Shown: piece by piece, positions 42,416 through 46,432 of the stretch
How positions within the stretch are numbered: the first letter of the stretch is position 1
How the letters are laid out: the number at the start of each line of letters is the position of its first letter
Source: Pseudomonadota bacterium
Lineage (GTDB): Bacteria > Desulfobacterota > Desulfobacteria > Desulfobacterales > RPRI01
Length of the DNA: 46,432 bases
Assembly: GCA_043825875.1 (NCBI GenBank)
Contig: JBDRRF010000008.1
Coordinates: 1-46,432 of the forward strand
Direction: 5' to 3'
Position numbers and translations under genes: made by a program
Notes under the pieces: model-generated
What the model saw: only the letters and a program-made list of their open reading frames with translations
Database searches by the model: none
What the model was told of the DNA's origin: nothing

Positions 42416-43177
42416 ATGGAAAAAATCGAAGAGTACTTTATTAAAATAATACAAAGCATAGATCAAGGGGCATGCCTGCTAAGGAATAGGTCGATTATTT
42501 ACAAAAATACCCTTTTTGATCAATCAATTATCGATCAGGAAGTTTCATCTCATCTTAAAAACGATGGTTCTTTGGAACAATATTCGGAATACGAATCTGA
42601 AAATACAATTAGTTATGCAAAAAAAATCCTTCTTGGCCGGGCCTATTCCATAATTTTATTATCTCCAAAAAAAGATTTTGAATTTAAAGTCGATCCATTG
42701 ACAGGATTGTTAAGCAGGGAGTGCCTTGACAAAGTATGCCTGCAATTAGTTGATGACGCAATAAATTTTGATAAAATACTGGCCTTTCTTTCTATTAACA
42801 TTGACGGATATAAATCTTTAGTTGATAGAATGGGACAAGAAATTGGTGATCAGGCTTTAAAAAAATGTGCTGAAAAAATTAATTACGCAACAAGAGCAAA
42901 TGATTTCTGTTTTCGTTTCAGCGAAAATAAATTTGTAGTGATTTTAACTGATATGATTGAGAAAACGAACTCTACCGTTGTTGCCGAGCGTCTAGTTGCT
43001 TCCATTTCAGAGCCAATATCCCTTAGCACAGGAGACATTGTTAATGTCGGTATTAATATAGGAATTTCTTGTTATCCTGATAATAATTCAGACATCAATA
43101 AAGTTATAGCTGAAGCAGAAGAAAGCATGAACATAGCTAAACAATTGGGGAAAAATAATTATCAAGTTTATGCCTAA
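42416..43177 (+). CDS. Degenerate GGDEF-domain protein
   Basis: DPLTGLLSR, NIDGYK, GQEIGDQAL, IGISCYP; active-site motif reads RFSENKF. Confidence 0.85.
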   Translation: MEKIEEYFIKIIQSIDQGACLLRNRSIIYKNTLFDQSIIDQEVSSHLKNDGSLEQYSEYESENTISYAKKILLGRAYSIILLSPKKDFEFKVDPLTGLLSRECLDKVCLQLVDDAINFDKILAFLSINIDGYKSLVDRMGQEIGDQALKKCAEKINYATRANDFCFRFSENKFVVILTDMIEKTNSTVVAERLVASISEPISLSTGDIVNVGINIGISCYPDNNSDINKVIAEAEESMNIAKQLGKNNYQVYA

Positions 43178-43219
43178 AGCAATTCCTTCGCAAATCAATC
43201 GTTTTTGTTAACAATCGTT

Positions 43220-43364
43220 TGAGCCACTTTCAAAACGTTTCAGTTTGGTCAAGCTCAAGGCGGTAGAAAATTTCAACCACAGGAATACATTGAGTATTTC
43301 GAGGATTGAAATTTGAACCCAACGCTTAAGATCGGCCAAAATGGGGCGTTTTGAAACTGGCTCA
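43220..43364 (-). mobile_element. MITE-like element, copy 2 (inverted)
   Basis: TGAGCCACTTTCAAAACG...CGTTTTGAAACTGGCTCA, 18 bp TIR with 1 mismatch. Confidence 0.87.
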
Positions 43365-43461
43365 TTTATCATCTATTGTGCATACCCTATAATCTTATTG
43401 CTACAAAAATGTTATTTTGAGAAACGCAATAATATAAAATAGCAGGTTTTTCTAAAACAAC

Positions 43462-43509
43462 TTGACAGGGGAAAACCGTATTTGTTAATGAATGAGTACT
43501 CATTCATTA
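43462..43509 (+). promoter_or_regulatory. Promoter with perfect 24 bp operator (FadR/YsiA-box like)
   Basis: TTGACA at 43462; TAATGAATGAGTACTCATTCATTA at 43486..43509. Confidence 0.85.
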
Positions 43510-44163
43510 CATTATTCTAAAACGTTCTTGAGAAGGTTTACTATAAATATCAGAGCCAAAGAAAACGATAAATATCAACGCATACTAGTTTCCGCTGTCA
43601 AAATATTCGCAGAACGGGGGTTTCATCAATCAACAATATCCCAGATTGCGAAAGAAGCCGGAGTTGCGGATGGCACTATATATTTGTATTTTAAAAACAA
43701 GGACGATATCCTTGTCCAGTTTTTTACTTATAAGACAAAGCAGGTATTCGGGAAATTACGGGAAGAAGTGAGCAAGGCCGGCAACAGTTTTGATAAACTT
43801 AAAAACTTTATCCGGTGTCAACTTGAGGAATTTCAGAATGACAGGTATATGGCGGTTTTATATCAGGCGGAAACGCATCAGAACAACCGGCTGGTCGAAA
43901 ATCAGATAAAAGAAATGTCCAAGCTGTATCTTGATATTGTTTCGGAAATAATTGAAATAGGGCAGAACGAAGGTGTAATAAGAAAAGATCTTTATGTAGG
44001 TCTGGTCAAACGGTATATACTTGGCGGTGTTGATGAGGTAATTAATACATGGTTGCATTCAGATAGCAAATATGATCTTACATCAATGGCTGATCCGCTT
44101 GTCGATCTGTTTATAAGAGGAATAGTGAATTCGGAAGAATTAAGGGAACAGCAAGTCTCATAA
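43492..44163 (+). CDS. TetR-family regulator, FadR(YsiA)-like; start uncertain
   Basis: IAKEAGVADGTIYLYFKNKDDIL HTH; precedes an acyl-CoA dehydrogenase. Confidence 0.92.
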   Translation: MSTHSLHYSKTFLRRFTINIRAKENDKYQRILVSAVKIFAERGFHQSTISQIAKEAGVADGTIYLYFKNKDDILVQFFTYKTKQVFGKLREEVSKAGNSFDKLKNFIRCQLEEFQNDRYMAVLYQAETHQNNRLVENQIKEMSKLYLDIVSEIIEIGQNEGVIRKDLYVGLVKRYILGGVDEVINTWLHSDSKYDLTSMADPLVDLFIRGIVNSEELREQQVS

Positions 44164-44200
44164 AAATAACATATAAATTGATTTTAAGGAGAGATTAATT

Positions 44201-46048
44201 ATGGCACAGTTATTAGCTGACAGGAGGGATGTGGATTTTGTGCTTCATGAGCAATTTCAGATAGCAGACCTCAGCAAACACGAAAAGTATGCGGAGTTTA
44301 ATAAGAAAACGATAGATTTGATCGTGTCCGAAGCACGCAATCTGGCTATAAAAGAAATACTTCCTACCCGCCCATTGGGAGATAAGGAAGGATGCAAGTT
44401 CGAAAACGGCATGGTAAAAGTTCCTGAAAGTTATCATAAAATTTATAATTTGATCAAAGAAGGTGAGTGGATTGCCATGTCGGATGACCCCGAATATGGC
44501 GGCCAGGGAATGCCTCATACAGTAGCAGCCGCAGCCACTGATTATCTTGTTGCAGCCAACCATTCGTTTTCAATGTACGGCGGACTGTGCCATGGAGCAG
44601 GAAAGCTTGTTGAGGAATTTGGAACAGACCAGCAGATAAAGATGTTTTTAAAAAAGATGTACTCCGGTGAATGGTCCGGAACTATGCTTCTTACTGAAGC
44701 TGAAGCCGGTACTGATGTTGGAGCACTTACCACAAGCGCAAAAAAGAATGAAGACGGCACATATTCAATAACAGGCAACAAGATATTTATTTCCGGTGGG
44801 GAACAGAATCTTACCGAAAATATAATTCATCCTGTTCTTGCAAGAATCGAGGGGGCTCCTGCAGGAACTGCCGGTATTTCATTGTTTCTGGTTCCAAAAA
44901 TCTGGGTTAATGATGATGGAACTTTAGGAGAAGCAAACGATGTTGTTTGTACAGGCATTGAAGAAAAAATGGGGCTTCACGGTAATGCAACATGCTCGCT
45001 CGCTTTAGGAGGAAAGGGCAAATGCAGAGGACTTCTTCTTGGAGGAGAAAACAAAGGCATTAAAGTCATGTTTCTTATGATGAATGATGCGCGTCTGCAA
45101 GTCGGTCTTCAGGGACTTACCTGTGCGTCTCCATCTTATCTCTATGCATTGGATTATGCAAAACAGCGGATTCAGGGCAAACACCTGCTTAAAGCTATGG
45201 ATGAAAGCGCACCCGGTGTTCCTATAATTCAGCATCCGGATGTCCGCAGGCAACTTATGATTATGAAATCATATGTTGAAGGTATGAGAAGTCTTGTTTA
45301 TTTTATTTCATATTGTTTTGATATGGTTAGTATTACTGAAAGTGATGAAGAAAAAGCGAAGTACCAGGGTCTTGCCGATCTTCTTACTCCGATAGTCAAA
45401 GGCTATATTACAGACAAAGCCTTTGAAATATGCAGCCATGCCATTCAGATTTATGGGGGCTATGGATATGTAACGGAATATCCGGTTGAGCAATATATGA
45501 GAGATTGCAGAATCACTATGATATATGAAGGTACAAACGGAATTCAGGCTATGGATCTTCTCGGGCGTAAGCTTGGCATGAATAAAGGCAAACCCGTTAA
45601 AGATCTTGTGGGCGAAATTTTAAAAACCATTGCAAGTGCAAAAGGAATACAAGGTATAGAAGGCATTGCTGAGAACCTTGAAAAATCTCTTAATAAACTT
45701 GGGGAAGTTACCAAGCATATCGGAGCTAGTGCGAGATCTCCCAAAGTGCTTTCAGCGTTTGCTTTTGCACATCCTTTCATGGAAGTGACAGGAGATGTTG
45801 TTATGGCATGGATGCTGCTCTGGAGAGCTGTTATCGCTGCTCCGAAACTTGATAAAATTGCAGGTACCGGAGAGGATAGGCGCGCAAAAATAGGAAAAGA
45901 TAAAAACGCAGCTTTTTATGAAGGTCAGATCAAGAGCGCCGAGTTCTTTATCAACGCATTACTTCCGGTTACTTCAGGCAAGATGGATGCAATCTTCGGG
46001 TTAAGCAGTTCCGTTGTTGATATACCTGAAGCTTCATTTGGCGGATGA
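44201..46048 (+). CDS. Acyl-CoA dehydrogenase (long, ~600 aa type)
   Basis: GTMLLTE, GNKIFISGG, IEEKMGLHGNATC, IQIYGGYGY, IYEGTNGIQAMDL. Confidence 0.95.
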   Translation: MAQLLADRRDVDFVLHEQFQIADLSKHEKYAEFNKKTIDLIVSEARNLAIKEILPTRPLGDKEGCKFENGMVKVPESYHKIYNLIKEGEWIAMSDDPEYGGQGMPHTVAAAATDYLVAANHSFSMYGGLCHGAGKLVEEFGTDQQIKMFLKKMYSGEWSGTMLLTEAEAGTDVGALTTSAKKNEDGTYSITGNKIFISGGEQNLTENIIHPVLARIEGAPAGTAGISLFLVPKIWVNDDGTLGEANDVVCTGIEEKMGLHGNATCSLALGGKGKCRGLLLGGENKGIKVMFLMMNDARLQVGLQGLTCASPSYLYALDYAKQRIQGKHLLKAMDESAPGVPIIQHPDVRRQLMIMKSYVEGMRSLVYFISYCFDMVSITESDEEKAKYQGLADLLTPIVKGYITDKAFEICSHAIQIYGGYGYVTEYPVEQYMRDCRITMIYEGTNGIQAMDLLGRKLGMNKGKPVKDLVGEILKTIASAKGIQGIEGIAENLEKSLNKLGEVTKHIGASARSPKVLSAFAFAHPFMEVTGDVVMAWMLLWRAVIAAPKLDKIAGTGEDRRAKIGKDKNAAFYEGQIKSAEFFINALLPVTSGKMDAIFGLSSSVVDIPEASFGG

Positions 46049-46106
46049 TCAGTTTGGTTTTATACTTTATGGTGTGGGTACTTTTTACGAAATAGTCAAT
46101 TAAGAT

Positions 46107-46140
46107 AAAAAGCGGGCTTTTGACAGGCCCGCTTTTTTTT
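46107..46140 (+). terminator. Rho-independent terminator
   Basis: aaaaagcgggc..gcccgc followed by T8. Confidence 0.85.
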
Positions 46141-46289
46141 GTTCGGTTGCGTTGTTGCGTGATTGAGCTATAGCTTTAATTAACGCTTATTTACACGGAA
46201 TTAATCTATTACAAAAAGCACTGGAGTCTATTAGTTTGATTAAAAGTATCACAAAGACATCCGGCACGGGTTTTTAAGGAATATAAGCA

Positions 46290-46432
46290 GAGCCAGTTTC
46301 AAAACGCCCCATTTTGGCCGATCTCTGCGTTGGGCTCAAATTTCAATCCTCGAAATACTCAATGTATTCCTGCGGTTGAAATTTTCTCCCGCCTTGAGCT
46401 TGACCAAACTGAAACGTTTTGAAAGTGGCTCA
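46290..46432 (+). mobile_element. MITE-like element, copy 3 (ends exactly at the window end)
   Basis: Near-identical to 3023..3164. Confidence 0.87.

Noticed and set aside
2394..45780. Numerous short antisense or off-frame ORFs in the track (e.g. 19027..19665, 28650..29222, 34650..35156)
   Set aside because: They overlap well-supported genes and show no recognisable motifs.
1..46432. Genome-wide UGA reassignment (genetic code 4 or 25)
   Set aside because: UGA acts as a true stop at natural protein ends (2015, 4115, 5044, 6332, 15735, 46048) and Trp is encoded by TGG.
1..46432. tRNA (including tRNA-Sec) or rRNA genes
   Set aside because: No cloverleaf or rRNA-like sequence recognised by eye; a tRNAscan/Infernal run would be needed to be sure.

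Overview
AT-rich bacterial window, most like a sulfate-reducing Desulfobacterota (Desulfobacteraceae-type) genome judging by gene content. It is dominated by a redox island in which eight genes are split in the ORF track by in-frame TGA codons. Each TGA sits at a conserved Cys position and is followed by a SECIS-like hairpin, so these are best read as selenoproteins: 3 HdrA/HdrL, 3 MvhD, 1 HdrD-like and 1 GltD-fused formate dehydrogenase. Two divergently oriented hdr-mvhD-metV-metF operons flank a sensory core. That core holds three histidine kinases, a sigma54 activator, an archaemetzincin protease, a degenerate third MetF and two GcvH-like proteins that lack the lipoyl-lysine but carry tandem Cx12Cx5Cx2C motifs, downstream of a sigma54 promoter with IHF and enhancer-like sites. 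The flanks hold an IS1202-like remnant, GTAG REP clusters, a ~143 bp MITE-like repeat (3 full copies and 1 partial copy joined to a truncated gene), oadG/oadB, a degenerate GGDEF protein and a FadR-type TetR with a perfect operator before an acyl-CoA dehydrogenase. All family calls come from motif recognition, not database searches.
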